Notes: generated by a model from the letters alone, not told the origin. Positions 14,687 through 30,754 are shown, counted from the stretch's first letter. The stretch is 64,000 bases of DNA from Eledone cirrhosa (GCA_964016885.1 OZ024745.1:57164001-57228000); one strand, 5' to 3'. Made by a program: numbers and translations.

Positions 14687-14927
14687 AATCCTGGTTTGTT
14701 TATTGAATATGGATTCTAAAAACAAAAATGCAATCTATATGAAAGTGAGGCTGGAAAAGGGAGAAGGAAAGGAAAAATAAAATAAAATAAAACTACACAT
14801 GCAAACACACACAAAAAAACACAAAAGCATACTTACACACACACACATATATACACATATAATTTGCACGCATACACATATACACATACACACATAATCC
14901 CGTAAATATCCACCTAGAATTAAAGAC

Positions 14928-16154
14928 ATGGCCAACTTCGAATTAGACCTCGTTAATTTAATTAGTGATATCAAATTTCGTAAGTACAATAATAATTTTC
15001 AAACTAAACTTTCTCACGATATCTCTAATTTTAGAAATTCTACAAACACTTTCGTTCTTTCTGATAAAACCAAAAACCTCTTTGAAGTTAATAGTAATTT
15101 GTATAACCAACTTTTAACTAATAGTATTACCAATAATTATCAATTAACTAATAATAATAACTACAATACTATCAATAAAGAAGCTAAAGAACTAGCTAGT
15201 TCTTTACAAATAGATAACCGGATTGAAAGCTTAGCTAAGCGTAAAGCATATATTACCCTTAAAGACCATAAATTGGACTTTACTAATCGACCTAGTTGTA
15301 GACTGATTAACCCGGCTAAATCCGAGGTTGGCCTTGCTAGTAAGAAAATCTTAAGAAAAATAATTCTCCAAATTAGAACTAACACTGTCCTTTCACAGTG
15401 GCTAAATACTTCCTCTGTTATTTCTTGGTTCAATAATATACAAGGTAAAAATAAGTGTAGATTTACGCAATTTGATATTGTCGATTTTTACCCTTCTATT
15501 ACCGTTTCCTTATTAACTAAAGCCTTAGATTTTGCAAGACCCTTCATTAATATCTCCAAATTAGAAGAGGACATTATCTTTCATGCCAGAAAAACTTTAC
15601 TTTTTACTAATGATAATATTTGGGTTAAAAAGTCAAACCCTGAAAACTCTTTCGATGTTGCAATGGGTTCTTATGACAGTGCGGATGTGTGCGACTTAGT
15701 AGGATTATTCCTTCTCCACACACTCAAAGAGAAATTTCCGTCCCATAATATCGGTTTATACCGTGATGACGGATTAGCAGTTTCTCATACCACCAATGGC
15801 CATAATCTTGATAAATTCCGTAAAGATTTAATTAGTACCTTTGCTAATCTTAACCTTAAAATTACTATAGATACGAACCTTACTAATGCTAACTTTCTTG
15901 ATATTAATCTTGATCTACTTACTGCCTCTTTTAAACCCTATCATAAACCTAATGAAAATCTTAGGTATATACACAAAGAGTCTTGCCATCCCCCTATAGT
16001 TTTTAATAATCTTATTCCTAACATTAGCCGTAGGATTTCTACTTTATCTTCGTCTATAGACATTTTTAATAAAGCCGCCCCTTATTATAATAAAGCCCTT
16101 AAGAACAGCGGTTTTACAGAAAATATTTCTTATTTACCTACTCCCCCCCCCTAA
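14928..16154 (+). CDS. PLE-A reverse transcriptase, N-terminally truncated copy
   Basis: 408 aa, identical to the C-terminal part of the 476 aa ORF. Confidence 0.9.
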   Translation: MANFELDLVNLISDIKFRKYNNNFQTKLSHDISNFRNSTNTFVLSDKTKNLFEVNSNLYNQLLTNSITNNYQLTNNNNYNTINKEAKELASSLQIDNRIESLAKRKAYITLKDHKLDFTNRPSCRLINPAKSEVGLASKKILRKIILQIRTNTVLSQWLNTSSVISWFNNIQGKNKCRFTQFDIVDFYPSITVSLLTKALDFARPFINISKLEEDIIFHARKTLLFTNDNIWVKKSNPENSFDVAMGSYDSADVCDLVGLFLLHTLKEKFPSHNIGLYRDDGLAVSHTTNGHNLDKFRKDLISTFANLNLKITIDTNLTNANFLDINLDLLTASFKPYHKPNENLRYIHKESCHPPIVFNNLIPNISRRISTLSSSIDIFNKAAPYYNKALKNSGFTENISYLPTPPP

Positions 16155-16857
16155 AACTAACCATAATAACAGGAAAAGGAAGATTATTTGGTTCACACCC
16201 CCCTTCTCCCTAAATGTCAAAACTAATGTAGGAAGGAAATTCCTTGAACTATTAGACAAACATTTTCCTCCTATTCATAGATATTATAAGATTTTTGATA
16301 GGAATGTAGTTAAGATCAGCTACTCTTGTTGTCCATCCATGAAATCCAAAATCACCAGTTCAAACCGTACGAGGATAAATCCAGGATGCAGTTGCAGGAA
16401 GCCGGATGAATGCCCATTGCAGGGTAAATGTAACACAAAATCTGTCGTTTATGAGGCTAAAATAACGCCAGTTATCAACAACCAGCCAGCCAGAAGCGAG
16501 CGATATGTCGGTATGACCCAGGACAGGTTTAAAACCAGATTTTACTCACATGTCGCTTCTTTTAAACACTCAGATAAACGAACATCAACGGCCCTCGCAA
16601 GTAAGGTATGGGATCTCAAGGATAGTAATATCCCGTACTCTATTGATTGGTCTATATTAGACCATTCGAGGGAGTACCAAAGGGGCACAAAGAATTGTTC
16701 TTTGTGTACCACAGAAAAGTATAGGATTTTGCTAAACTTGAGAGACACTTCCGCTTGCCTTAACTCTAAGACTGAGATCTTCAGATGCTGTCCTCATCTG
16801 AAATCGCTTCTGATCTGTAACTGGATTGACACTCCTACGATAAATCAACCGCCTTGA
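16155..16857 (+). CDS. PLE-A thumb and GIY-YIG endonuclease, second copy
   Basis: Same frame relation and motifs as the first copy. Differences are N>D, A>S and H>L. Confidence 0.9.
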
Positions 16858-17148
16858 ACTCCTTCTCTGCTCTTTACTTTCGCTACGGCTTTTATTTTGC
16901 TGATTCTACCTTCTGTACTCTTGATTTAAAAAAAAAAATGTTCTCCCTTACCTCCCCTTATATTTTTACCTCCTCTTAGCCCCCCCCCCCATATATTCTT
17001 TTTGTTTTGCCCTTCACATACCTATGTATATGTGTATGTATTTTTGTATGTATATGTGTATATGTGTACGTATATGTTTGTGTATGTATATATATGTGTA
17101 TGTATGTATGTATGTGTATGTATGTGTATATGTGTGTATGTATATATG

Positions 17149-17191
<43 letters not shown>

Positions 17192-17296
17192 GTGTATATA
17201 TATATATATATATGTGTGTGCGTGTCTGTATGTGTGTATATATTTGTATATTTGTGTGTGTATATGTATGTATATGTGGATAAACCAGGGCTTTCT

Positions 17297-17354
17297 TTCA
17301 TTCTGAAGATTGAAGGAAACTTTTTTTGCTTTTAAGAAACCTCTGGTGAATGGA
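17297..17354 (+). ncRNA. Variant hammerhead (GUG) in the PLE-A inverted copy
   Basis: ttcatt-CTGAAGA...GAAACCTCTGGTG-aatgga. Confidence 0.7.
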
Positions 17355-17505
17355 TTAATTGCCTTGTATGGCTTTATTACTTTACTACTATATATACGTT
17401 TATGTAAGGTTCATTTGTCTTATCTAATACTGAGCTTTACACATACACACATGTATATGTGTGTGTGTATGTGTATGCATGTGTGTATGTGTACGTGTAT
17501 GTGTG

Positions 17506-17540
<35 letters not shown>

Positions 17541-18031
17541 GTGTATATATATATATATGTATATGTATATATGTATATATGTATATATGTATGTGTATGT
17601 ATGTATATGTTGCGTGTGTTTTTATTTATTTTTATGTATGTGTGGGTTTGTGTGTGGGTGTGTGTGTGTGTATATATGTGTGTGTGTTTGTATTTGGTTG
17701 TGCGTTCTTTTGATATATACGTATTTGCATGTGTATAATTGTTTAGCTATGTATGTATATGTGTGTTTACGTATTTATATGTGTGTGTGCGTTTATATTT
17801 TTATATTTTTGTATGTATATATATATATATATATATATATGTAGATAAATCTACCAAGAGTTTACGGTAGTGTCCAATCCGTATGAAGAACTCAATGTAT
17901 TCCGGATATCATGGAAAGAAGAGATGTAATAAAAATCCAATTTCGGTGAAAGATAAACGGTATACAGAGTCAAGATAAAATATTAAACAAATAATGAACA
18001 AACAATTCCTTATATTAAACAAAAAAAGTTC

Positions 18032-18180
18032 ACTATTTAACGATCGTTTCTAGGGTATATATGTGTTATAATTGGTATGCATATTTAACAGATCTATGTA
18101 CAAAATTATACAAAATTATACAAATTATCAAGATTAAATATACATACCTAACTCATATATACGCCGTCTTCAGAAATAAT
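18032..18180 (-). ncRNA. Hammerhead ribozyme with about 116-nt helix II (PLE-B)
   Basis: attattt-CUGAAGA-long stem (gtatatatg/catatatac; ggtatgtatatttaa/ttaaatatgcatacc)-GAAA-CGAUCG-UU-aaatagt. Confidence 0.75.
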
Positions 18181-18958
18181 GAAGTATATTTATTGATAAT
18201 AACAACAATTCAAAATATCAGTTCAAAATTGACCAATGAAAACACAAGGGGTTAAAAACAGTTTGGTGTGTGTATATACATGTAAAAACCTTACACATAT
18301 TTTACAATAATGTGTGTATAATTTGTATGTGCATACTAAAAAGATGGATGCGAACACAAAATTTCAAGGTTAATATCTCTGTAAGCTTAATGCGCTGATA
18401 AGATACGCAATGATACTTATGGAGTCAAGCATATAAATATATTTTTTTCATACTCACACATATCAGTATAATCACACATACATGTGCGTATATGTATAAA
18501 TATACACATAACCACGAACATACAAACACACACACTCCCCCACTCACATTTATATATGTGGATATAAAATCATAAGCAAATAGAAATTAAGTCACTCACA
18601 TAAAAACACTGGTACACACATTTCAAGATCAAGATACAGAAATTAGGTGGGAGGGGGGGGGGAGGGGTCAGTATTAGATTGTCAGACCAGACAGCCTAAT
18701 ATAAATGTATCTATAAATTAAGAAAAATAAAAATAAAAAAATAAAAACAATAAAATATAATACATATAATATAATGTACATACACATACAGATACACATA
18801 CACATACATACATGTACGCGCACATAGAGATATCTACACATACATACATACACACATACCTATACTGTCATACACACACATACATTTACACGAACATACA
18901 CATACCCATATAAAAAGATATAAATACACACGCACTCACGCGCAACATATACACACAT

Positions 18959-19001
<43 letters not shown>

Positions 19002-19109
19002 TACACACACACATAGACTCATATATATATATATATACATATACATACACATATACAAACATATATATCCCCACACTCATACCACCATAAAAACACATAC
19101 AAACACCCA

Positions 19110-19140
<31 letters not shown>

Positions 19141-19531
19141 CCACATACACACACGTACACATATATATATACATATACATACACATATACACACATACAC
19201 ATATATATATACACACACACATAAAATACAGACATGCACATATATATATATATATATATATATATTTCATTACTCTTATATATAGACATAGTATATATAC
19301 ATACACAACCTCACTTATACACATATACACATAAGTTATATTACAATAATAATAAAGAATAATATACATATATATACATATATATATATATATATAACAC
19401 ACACATACACATATACATATATATACATATATACACATACATACATACACATACATACATACACCTAAATATATACATATATAAATACACACATACGAAA
19501 AAGACATATATTCACACATAGACACCTATAT

Positions 19532-19582
<51 letters not shown>

Positions 19583-21389
19583 TACACATATATACACACA
19601 CATATATACACATACACACACACACACACACACAGACACACATACACACTCACGTATATATATATATATATATATATGTGTATGTGAGTGTGCGCAAATA
19701 CATATATATATATACACACACACATACAAACACACACAAACACATACATATGCATACGTGCACACGCACACACATATATCACATAGATACGAAGATAAAC
19801 ATATAAATAGAGAGACATACAAATATATACAGAATCCATATACACATACATACAAACACGCATATACATATATATACATATATACATATATATATTCCTA
19901 TATACAAGCATACACATACATACACATATATACATATACATACACATATACATACCACACATTCACATACACACACATATATAATACATATATATACATA
20001 TATATACATACATATGTATGTACAATCATATATACACACTCAATCTTACATTCATATTTACATGCTCATATATGTATTTTTATATTTAGAAATAAATATG
20101 AAAACCTATATAGACACCCATCTACACATATATTCATACATATACGCTTACAAAAACAGATGATAATAGTATGGGGGAAAGGGGGGGTTTGGAGAAGGGG
20201 ATCAAAGTAAATATATGTTTCAAGAAACATATAATATTTTCCGTATCATAATTCAATGTATGTTCTTACATATTTTCAGTGCTAGGAAATACGAAATCTA
20301 TGCATCCCAAAATAAAAAAGTATACTATTAATCATATGTTAACTAAACCAAAGATAGTCAACATATTGATTTCCAAGGTGTAAATTAGTTAGGTTTATAA
20401 TATTTGAAGCAGAATTATGAAGTCAAACAGTAGTAGATTATTAATTACATTATAACTAAATTAAAGTTAATAACGTTATGGTATCAATATTAGGAGATGA
20501 ATTTAGTAATAGGGAAAAGAAACCCAAATAAAAATAAAATAAAGTATTACATCGGTAGTAGCATATAAATTATATGTTAACTAAATTAAAAATTATATAT
20601 TTATTTCAAAAGTATACGTTAATTAGTATATGTTAATTAGGTATACAATACATAAAGCAGATATTGTATTTCATCAATAGTATAATATAATTATATGCAA
20701 ATAAAAATCAAAATTAATACGCATACATATACATATACATACACATACACATATATATACGTATACACACATATATATATATATATATACATATATATAC
20801 ACATACATACATATATAGTCACATAAATATACATACAGATACACATACAACACACACATATACATATACATATAGATATACATATCTTTTTCAAAAAATT
20901 GCACAGAATATATTAACTAGGTATATATCCAAAACACCTCCCATTCTATGATTACATGACATTCTGCAATTCGTCTGTACAAGGATACTAATTTTAAGCA
21001 AATTAAAATTAAAGTTTTAGGTTGATTAAAACTAAAACCAAATAATAAATATATTTCCAAAATGTATATTAATTAGGTCTATAATACTAAAAAATCTTTC
21101 TCCGTCATAGGATACATGATATTATTTTGTTATATTTTATCTGTAAAAGAATTATAATAAAAAAAAAATTATAATAAAAGGTTAAACTAAATTAAAAAAT
21201 TATAATAAAAGGTTAAAATAAATTAAAATTAATCTATAAATTAAATTACTGAGTATATATTAGTAATATTTAAAGGTTTTTCAAAATTTATGATTACATA
21301 ATATTTTCTCATTTGTAATAAAATATTAATTAAATTAAATTTATAGGTTAACTAACATTTAAATTAAATTAAATTCTAGAATAATGTTA

Positions 21390-22892
21390 TTAATTAGGTT
21401 TATAATATTTAAATGTTTTTTTTAGTTTATGATTACACGATATAATTAATTCCTGTCTTTTATTTAATAAGATATCCCTAGACTTCATTATTTCAAATAG
21501 TTCTTGGGAACATAATCTACATTCCTTTCTATTATTTTGATAAGGGGTGGCTCTTTTGAGCACACTCCAGGTCAAATCATATTTTATATTTTTATTTTTA
21601 TAACTATTGATTTTTTCTGCTAGAGATGTTGTATTAGCCAGTGCGGCATTTTTAAAGCTATGTTTGTGGGTATTATACCTTGTCTTAAAATTGTTAGAGG
21701 TAGCTCCTATATATGAGCAAATAGAATCTTTAGTTTTAACATTACATTTATAGACTATGTTGTTAACAAGACAATTCCCTTTTAATGGGCAGTTTGTTTT
21801 GTTTCTACAGTTACATCCTTTCGTTAATTCTGTATTTGAGGAGATATTATTGTTAATTTGATGTACTGGTGGTATACTTATGGTTTTCTTACATTTATAT
21901 GCATTATATGCACTTATATTTTGTTTTATGTTATTTGTTGTAGAGTATGAGAATTTAACTGTAGACCTATTTAAGATTTGATGGTATTTGTGGTTTGGCG
22001 GGAAGTTTTTCTCAAGGATATAAAAAAATTTTTTAGCAATATTATCCTTAACTTGTAAATTAAAAGGAGCATTATACCAAGTAACTCGTCTATTACGGTT
22101 TCTATGTTGTTTATTATTTTTATTATTTTTATATGTTGTATCATGATTTTTACTAGGAGGATTAATGTTAATGATCTCACCACAACTATTTTTAGTTATA
22201 TTTGTAGATTTAGGTGTTTTATCTTTTTTATTAGGAGTTTTATTATTAATATTTATTATAGTCGTATGATGAGTAGTTTTTTGAGGGTTACTATACTTTA
22301 TATTAGAAGATTTAGTATTTTGGGGTATACTATGGGTGGCATTTAGGTGTGTACTTTTCATTTGGTGTTTGTTGGTAATATTATGCTGTATGCTTTCAGT
22401 ATTTTTAGTAGAAGGTATATACTCTAATCTATTTTTGTGGCCACTTCTATCTAGAGCTTCATTATAAAAGGTCGCATTTTTATCAAATACATCTTGGTTA
22501 GAAGAAAGGTTAGAAATTCTAAGTGATATATTATATGCAAGGTTTTTAAGGATAGATTTAGGGTGATTAGATTGTGAGTGTATGTAATGTAAGTTTTGGT
22601 TAGGTTTATGGTAAGGTTGGTATATACCCGTAGCTAAATCTAAAGTTATATCTAGGAAATTTACTACTTTACTTGTTTTTTCAAAAGTAATATTAAGATT
22701 ATAATAGTCTTTAAGGAAAGTTCTAATATGCTTTTTGTTTTTTTCGATTTCTGAAAGGCTAAGGTTGTTAGAGAGAAGAAGACAGTCATCACGATATAAA
22801 CCACCTTTGAGGTGGGGAAAAGAGGCATTTATGTTGAAAAGGAGAAAGAGGCCCACAAGATCAGTAATTTGGGCGGAATCGCTTGAACCCAT
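21390..22892 (-). CDS. PLE-B RT (from motif B) and GIY-YIG endonuclease, 5'-truncated
   Basis: MGSSDSA, GLYRDDCL, FLDITLDL, WYNAPF, CNCRNKTNCPLKGNC, IVY..YIG and CRLC motifs. The frame is open upstream to the truncation near 22930. Confidence 0.93.
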   Translation of the reverse strand: MGSSDSAQITDLVGLFLLFNINASFPHLKGGLYRDDCLLLSNNLSLSEIEKNKKHIRTFLKDYYNLNITFEKTSKVVNFLDITLDLATGIYQPYHKPNQNLHYIHSQSNHPKSILKNLAYNISLRISNLSSNQDVFDKNATFYNEALDRSGHKNRLEYIPSTKNTESIQHNITNKHQMKSTHLNATHSIPQNTKSSNIKYSNPQKTTHHTTIININNKTPNKKDKTPKSTNITKNSCGEIININPPSKNHDTTYKNNKNNKQHRNRNRRVTWYNAPFNLQVKDNIAKKFFYILEKNFPPNHKYHQILNRSTVKFSYSTTNNIKQNISAYNAYKCKKTISIPPVHQINNNISSNTELTKGCNCRNKTNCPLKGNCLVNNIVYKCNVKTKDSICSYIGATSNNFKTRYNTHKHSFKNAALANTTSLAEKINSYKNKNIKYDLTWSVLKRATPYQNNRKECRLCSQELFEIMKSRDILLNKRQELIISCNHKLKKTFKYYKPN

Positions 22893-22930
22893 AGTAATAT
22901 CAAAAAGATTACTGTAGGTGTTTCTGGTCT

Positions 22931-25113
<2,183 letters not shown>

Positions 25114-25926
25114 TATTATGGTACTATGTGGGATCTACAGCCACCTCCTTCAAATCACGCCTTTATAGACATCGTTATTCGATAAAACATGAAAACCAGC
25201 GTTATGTAACAACACTCGCAGACAAGGGTTGGCAGCTGCGTGAAAATAACCAACAATTTCACCTAAAATGGGATATAATAGCGGCTGCCCCCCCATAAAC
25301 CCATGGGCAGGAATTTTGTAAATTATGTAATGTACAATTATTTTGTATTATGAAATCCAAAAACATTTTATTAAATAACAGAATAGAGCGATCGTTATAC
25401 TGTAACCATCGCTTAAAATCTACATTTTCATATTATAAATACTACCAGGAATGAACGCCTGTCTCTATCCCCGTTTGATTGTCAAATAGATATGAACATT
25501 CTTTATTAGTCTTAATTCTATCAACTCTTCTATTATTTACCTTTTAATACAAACTGCTATAGATAAAATGAGATTTCTGATTTCTTGATTCAATTCCCTA
25601 ATGCATATACCAGCTGGCTACTAGCATTGATGTTATTTAGTAGCAATCGAAATCTCCCCCTTCCCCAATTGACACTTTATAATTAATACTACTGCACCAA
25701 ATGACCAGCCCTGTCCACTGTCCAGTTGGTCAAGTAGAGATTAAAATTGACACTCCCAAAATTCTTATTTAGATTTACTCATGGTATTCTCATTAAAAAC
25801 CCATTATATACTTGTTTAGCAGTAAATTATTTTACCATCTGTCATATACTATCCCCTCTGTTCCTTCCTCTTTTACTAATATAAATACTTCAATTTTTCT
25901 GATTTTATCCAGTTTATCCAAAATCT

Positions 25927-26035
25927 CTGAAGAAGTGACAACTGATTATACATTTGCTATCGAATACTTGCTAACATTATATGATTACGCAAGCAGCGAT
26001 ACATAGGTATTCGGTCTGTTACAGAAACATATGTC
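25927..26035 (+). ncRNA. Hammerhead-like motif with about 90-nt helix II (PLE-C; second copy 29037-29145)
   Basis: CTGAAGA-gtgaca...tgttac-GAAA-CATATG-TC. Helix I pairs poorly. Confidence 0.6.
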
Positions 26036-26249
26036 AATACCTAATAAATTCCTTTTTTAACAAAAGCACTTTCATTTTATATTCATCCTTTCTACATTTC
26101 TCCGGAATATAATTTATACTCGTTTAGCAAACCTGCACGTACGCTGTTCATCTCTAACGTAACGATATATTATCACTACATTATTGATAACCTGAAATTT
26201 TATTAATCTCCTATACAGTTGAGCAACTAATTCAGCATACGCCTCTAAA

Positions 26250-28563
26250 ATGGAAAGGCACCAATTGGATATGTCGTTAAAAAACATACCTATTCAGGCA
26301 AAAAGGGAATATATTCTAGGTATGATACAAAGGACCAATGATTTTATTCGACGAATCAGATGGAAAACATTCCATTTTGACAAAAGCCGTATAAACCAAA
26401 CATCGGATCTTAACAAGGATAAATTTGGATTTAAATCTTACAAGAACCCACCCTCAAACCCACTTTTAGATGCATTTGAACAAGACCTAATGGATATGAT
26501 CATGGATATCAAATTTACAAAACGTAAGAACAATAAACTACAGAATGACATCACGGCACTGCTCAATAATCTAAAAAACGCCAATGGAATTATTGTTAGA
26601 GCAGACAAAACATCAAACGTATATACCATGGATGTGGACACTTACAATAACTTCATCCGTAAGGAATTGCATAAAAAATACAGGAAAACTAATGAAGCCA
26701 CACTTAAAAACATCAACAACTCGGCATGTGATATTGTTAAAAAAACTTTGTATTGACGATAGAACGCAACCCTTAACACCAGCTATACCATCCTTCAACC
26801 TGAAGGACCACAAGGTAAACTTCGATACTAACCCTAATATTAGACTTATATGCCCCTCTAAATCTGATATAGGTAAAATTAGCAAATATATACTAGACAG
26901 AATTATCCCCCAAGTTAAGGTTAAAGTAGAGATTAAACTCATGAAGCAATAAGAAGGTTTAATAACATTACTGATAAAAAAAAATCAAAATTTATTCAGT
27001 TTGATATTGATGAATATTATTCCTCAATTTCACCTGATACTCTACATGAAGCTCTTTCGTTCGCTAAGGATAATTCCGACCTTACGGATGCTGAAATTAA
27101 AATTATTATGGAAGCGAGAAAAACTATAGTTAAATTCGATGATAGCTACTGGGTTCGCAAAGATAGACCTTCTAATTTTGATATCACTATGGGTTCTTAT
27201 TATTCGGCGGAAGTAACAGATCTTGTGGGAATTTATATCACCCACAGATTACAAGGAAAATTCAAGGATCTCCACGGTGGAATTTACCGTGACGATGCGC
27301 TCCTATTAGTTAAGCATATGAATAACCAGAATTTAGAAAGGATGCGTAAAAATATCAGAAAGCTTTTTAAGGAACTAGGATTAAATATTACATTTGAATA
27401 TAACCTCAAAGAGGTCAATTTCCTTGATGTTACTTTCAATCTCAATACAGATACGATTAAACCGTTCCATAAACTAAATGAGAACCTTAAATATGTAAAT
27501 ACGAGTTCTAACCATCCACTCTCTATAATTAAATCCATCCCTAGAAATGTTTCTCTTAGGATCTCTCGCCTATCGTCCAACCAACAAACCTTCAAAGAAC
27601 ATGCCGAGTATTATGATGATGCACTTAGGAAAGCCGGCCACCTAGAAAATATAGAGTATATAGTCAAAGATCACCAAAACACCCAAAATAAATCACATAG
27701 GAGTAGAAATAGCACAGAATCACCACCATACATACACTACCGCAATAGACACAATAATAGTCGCACACCACCAAACAGAAGGGGATGTAAGGAGTATATC
27801 TGGTACAACCCGGTCTATAACAACTCTATTAAAACCAATCTACCCTCAAAATTCTTTCGATTAGTTAGAAAACACTTTCCAACATCACATAAATATAATA
27901 AAATCTTAAACCCTAACACTATTCGACTTTCATATTCAACCGCCCCTAATATTGAACAACATATAAAAAAGCTTAACGCAAAAAGGTTGTATAAACGCCT
28001 TCCAACACATAACAATACACGTAAAACATTAGCTATAACATCACAAAACAACAAACAACATCCTGTCCTACATAAGCAACCTCATCAACCCATCCATGGC
28101 AATACAACAACGCAAAATTATAATTGCAACTGTGTCCACCCAGGAATGTGTCCGTTGAACAATCAGTATCTTGAACGCAACATCGTATACAAATGTACTA
28201 TCGAATCGGATAGACAGAAGTGGTACTATGTGGGATCTACAGCCACCTCCTTCAAATCACGCCTTTATAGACATCGTTATTCGATAAAACATGAAAACCA
28301 GCGTTATGTAACAACACTCGCAGACAAGGCTTGGCAGCTGCGTGAAAATAACCAACAATTTCACCTAAAATGGGATATAATAGCGGCTGCCCCCCCCCCC
28401 CCCCCTATCCCATGGACAGGAATTTTGTAAATTATTTAATGTACAATTATTTTGTATTATGGAATCCAAAAACATTTTATTAAATAACAGAATAGAGCGA
28501 TCGTTATACTGTAACCATCGCTTAAAATCTACATTTTCATATTATAAATACTACCAGGAATGA
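26250..28563 (+). pseudogene. PLE-C RT-GIY-YIG ORF with frameshifts (about 26745, 26940, 28400)
   Basis: MSLKNIPI, FIQFDIDEYY, MGSYYSA, GIYRDDAL, WYNPVY, CNCVHPGMCPL and IVY..YVG motifs spread over successive frames. Confidence 0.92.
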
Positions 28564-29199
28564 ACGCCTGTCTCTATCCCCGTTTGATTGTCAAAATAGA
28601 TATGAACATTCTTTATTAGTCTTAATTCTATCAACTCTTCTATTATTTACCTTTTAATACAAACTGCTATAGATAAAATGAGATTTCTGATTTCTTGATT
28701 CAATTCCCTAATGCATATACCAGCTGGCTACTAGCATTGATGTTATTTAGTAGCAATCGAAATCTCCCCCTTCCCCAATTGACACTTTATAATTAATACT
28801 ACTGCACCAAATGACCAGCCCTGTCCACTGTCCAGTTGGTCAAGTAGAGATTAAAATTGGCACTCCCAAAATTCTTATTTAGATTTACTCATGGTATTCT
28901 CATTAAAAACCCATTATATACTTCTTTAGCAGTAAATTATTTTACCATCTGTCATATACTATCCCCTCTGTTCCTTCCTCTTTTACTAATATAAATACTT
29001 CAATTTTTCTGATTTTATCCAGTTTATCCAAAATCTCTGAAGAAGTGACAACTGATTATACATTTGCTATCGAATACTTGCTAACATTATATGATTACGC
29101 AAGCAGCGATACATAGGTATTCGGTCTGTTACAGAAACATATGTCAATACCTAATAAATTCCTTTTTTAACAAAAGCACTTTTATTTTATATTCACCCT

Positions 29200-29246
<47 letters not shown>

Positions 29247-29440
29247 ATTGGTTATGCACGAGTGCATTAAGGTTTTCCAGGACACAGTGTTATGTACCGT
29301 GTAGGGGAAGGTCAGCTTACAACAGAGTGGTGCTCAACGAAATGCAGAAAATAGGTGTATATTCCAGTTTAGCTATACTCCGGGGCGTGTATAAAGAATC
29401 AAAAAGAACAGAAAGATGCAGTAAAAGAGATTTATTCGGT

Positions 29441-29555
29441 TCTAACGTACGTTTCAATAGACATCAATTTGCCTAGATCTCGCTGCATCTATAATATTAT
29501 ATAGTTAGTAGAGCATTCGACATCCAATGCATAATCGATTCCATATCATCAGAGA
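29441..29555 (-). ncRNA. Hammerhead with about 90-nt helix II in a solo PLE pLTR remnant (about 29250-29560)
   Basis: tct-CUGAUGA-long stem-GAAA-CGUACG-UU-aga. Confidence 0.7.
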
Positions 29556-29717
29556 TTATATATATAATTATATATATATATACGTATTCATGAATTTATT
29601 CTGCAAGATTATTGTTGTGTATTCTTGTGCTAAAACAGATATTGCTATATTTGGGGCTGGTCCTTTTATCAATCTTACCACTGGCACAATTTGAGTTAGG
29701 TCATTCAGCATTATTAA

Positions 29718-29904
29718 GGGCGGTGGATTGGCAGTATCAGTAGAGGGTTGGACGCCATGCTTTGACGCAAAGAGTTACGTCCTTTTACGATCTGAGTTCA
29801 AATCCCGCCGAGGTTAACTTTGCCTTTCATCCTTACGCGGTCGATAAAATAAAGTACCCGTAATGTACTGGGTAATTGCTGGCCTTGTGCCAAAAGTAGA
29901 AACA
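29718..29904 (+). mobile_element. tRNA-derived Nin/Deu-domain SINE, full length
   Basis: A/B boxes, conserved core and ATT tail. Confidence 0.92.
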
Positions 29905-30093
29905 ATTATTATTATAAATTATTGGTTATTTTGTCAGAGTAAGAGAAAGAGATCAGAAAGAAGAGGAGACACAATTAATAGACATGGAGGAGGTTATATA
30001 ATGTGTGACGAAAGAGGCTTTACAGAATGATAAACCTTTTAGCAAATCTGGCAATGGGGCCAGATGGCTGGATCAGGTAACAGAGTAAAAGAG

Positions 30094-30162
<69 letters not shown>

Positions 30163-30195
30163 TACATATAAATATATATATGTATATATATATAA

Positions 30196-30280
<85 letters not shown>

Positions 30281-30289
30281 CATATTTTA

Positions 30290-30440
30290 AATTGAAATAA
30301 CAGATTACAGTTTAAGCAAAGAATCGCTGCTTTCACCCTTAACGGGATCCTCTGAAACTCTACGGTTCTTATATATTTGATATATATTTATCCTTATCGA
30401 GCCCTCTTTGGATTTTAGTCTTCAAATTTATTATTATTAC
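30290..30440. repeat. Dispersed repeat (probable PLE terminal remnant); copies at 46563-46780 and 63815-63950
   Basis: Shared blocks AATAACAGATT..TTTAAGCAAAGAATCGCTGCTTTCACCCTTAAC and TATCCTTATCGAGCCCTCTTTGGATT.TAGTCTTCAAATT. Confidence 0.8.
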
Positions 30441-30446
30441 TATATA

Positions 30447-30484
<38 letters not shown>

Positions 30485-30486
<2 letters not shown>

Positions 30487-30718
30487 CGAAGGAAATGTGG
30501 TAAGGAACCAGGTGGACCATAACGCACCAAAGTACTCAATACTTAGGGTAGTAGAGTGGGTAATAGGAACCAGTAATAGGAATCAATAATACCCTTTGGT
30601 CTTTCACACTCACTCAATATATATATATATATATATATAGGAACCAGTAAGACCCCGACGGCTGAGCTCAAGCCGTTTCGAAACGGCTTGAGCTCAGCCG
30701 TCGGGGTCTTACTGGTTG

Positions 30719-30754
<36 letters not shown>

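Larger units (their letters stand above)
10296..14895 (-). mobile_element. Penelope-like retroelement family A (Naiad-like), full-length copy with pLTRs
   Basis: RT and GIY-YIG coding region. Direct repeats 10296-10600 and 14590-14895 form the pLTRs. Long microsatellite-rich 3' UTR with two HHRs. Inserted at (TA)n. Confidence 0.95.
14896..17840 (+). mobile_element. PLE-A inverted 5'-truncated copy, part 1
   Basis: Near-identical reverse complement of about 11290-14235. Interrupted at (TA)n by PLE-B. Confidence 0.95.
17841..22930 (-). mobile_element. PLE family B, 5'-truncated, nested in the 3' UTR (TA)n of PLE-A
   Basis: RT C-half and GIY-YIG ORF, about 3.5 kb 3' UTR with microsatellites and an HHR. 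PLE-A sequence resumes collinearly at 22931. Confidence 0.92.
25119..29204 (+). mobile_element. PLE family C, full length in partial-tandem (pLTR) arrangement
   Basis: About 980-bp direct repeats (25119-26094 and 28221-29204) flank an RT-GIY-YIG ORF. (TA)n on both sides. Confidence 0.95.

Noticed and set aside
10296-17840. Palindrome as an assembly artefact
   Set aside because: The arms differ by substitutions, one arm has a nested 5-kb insertion and an extra tail, and the layout fits PLE biology.
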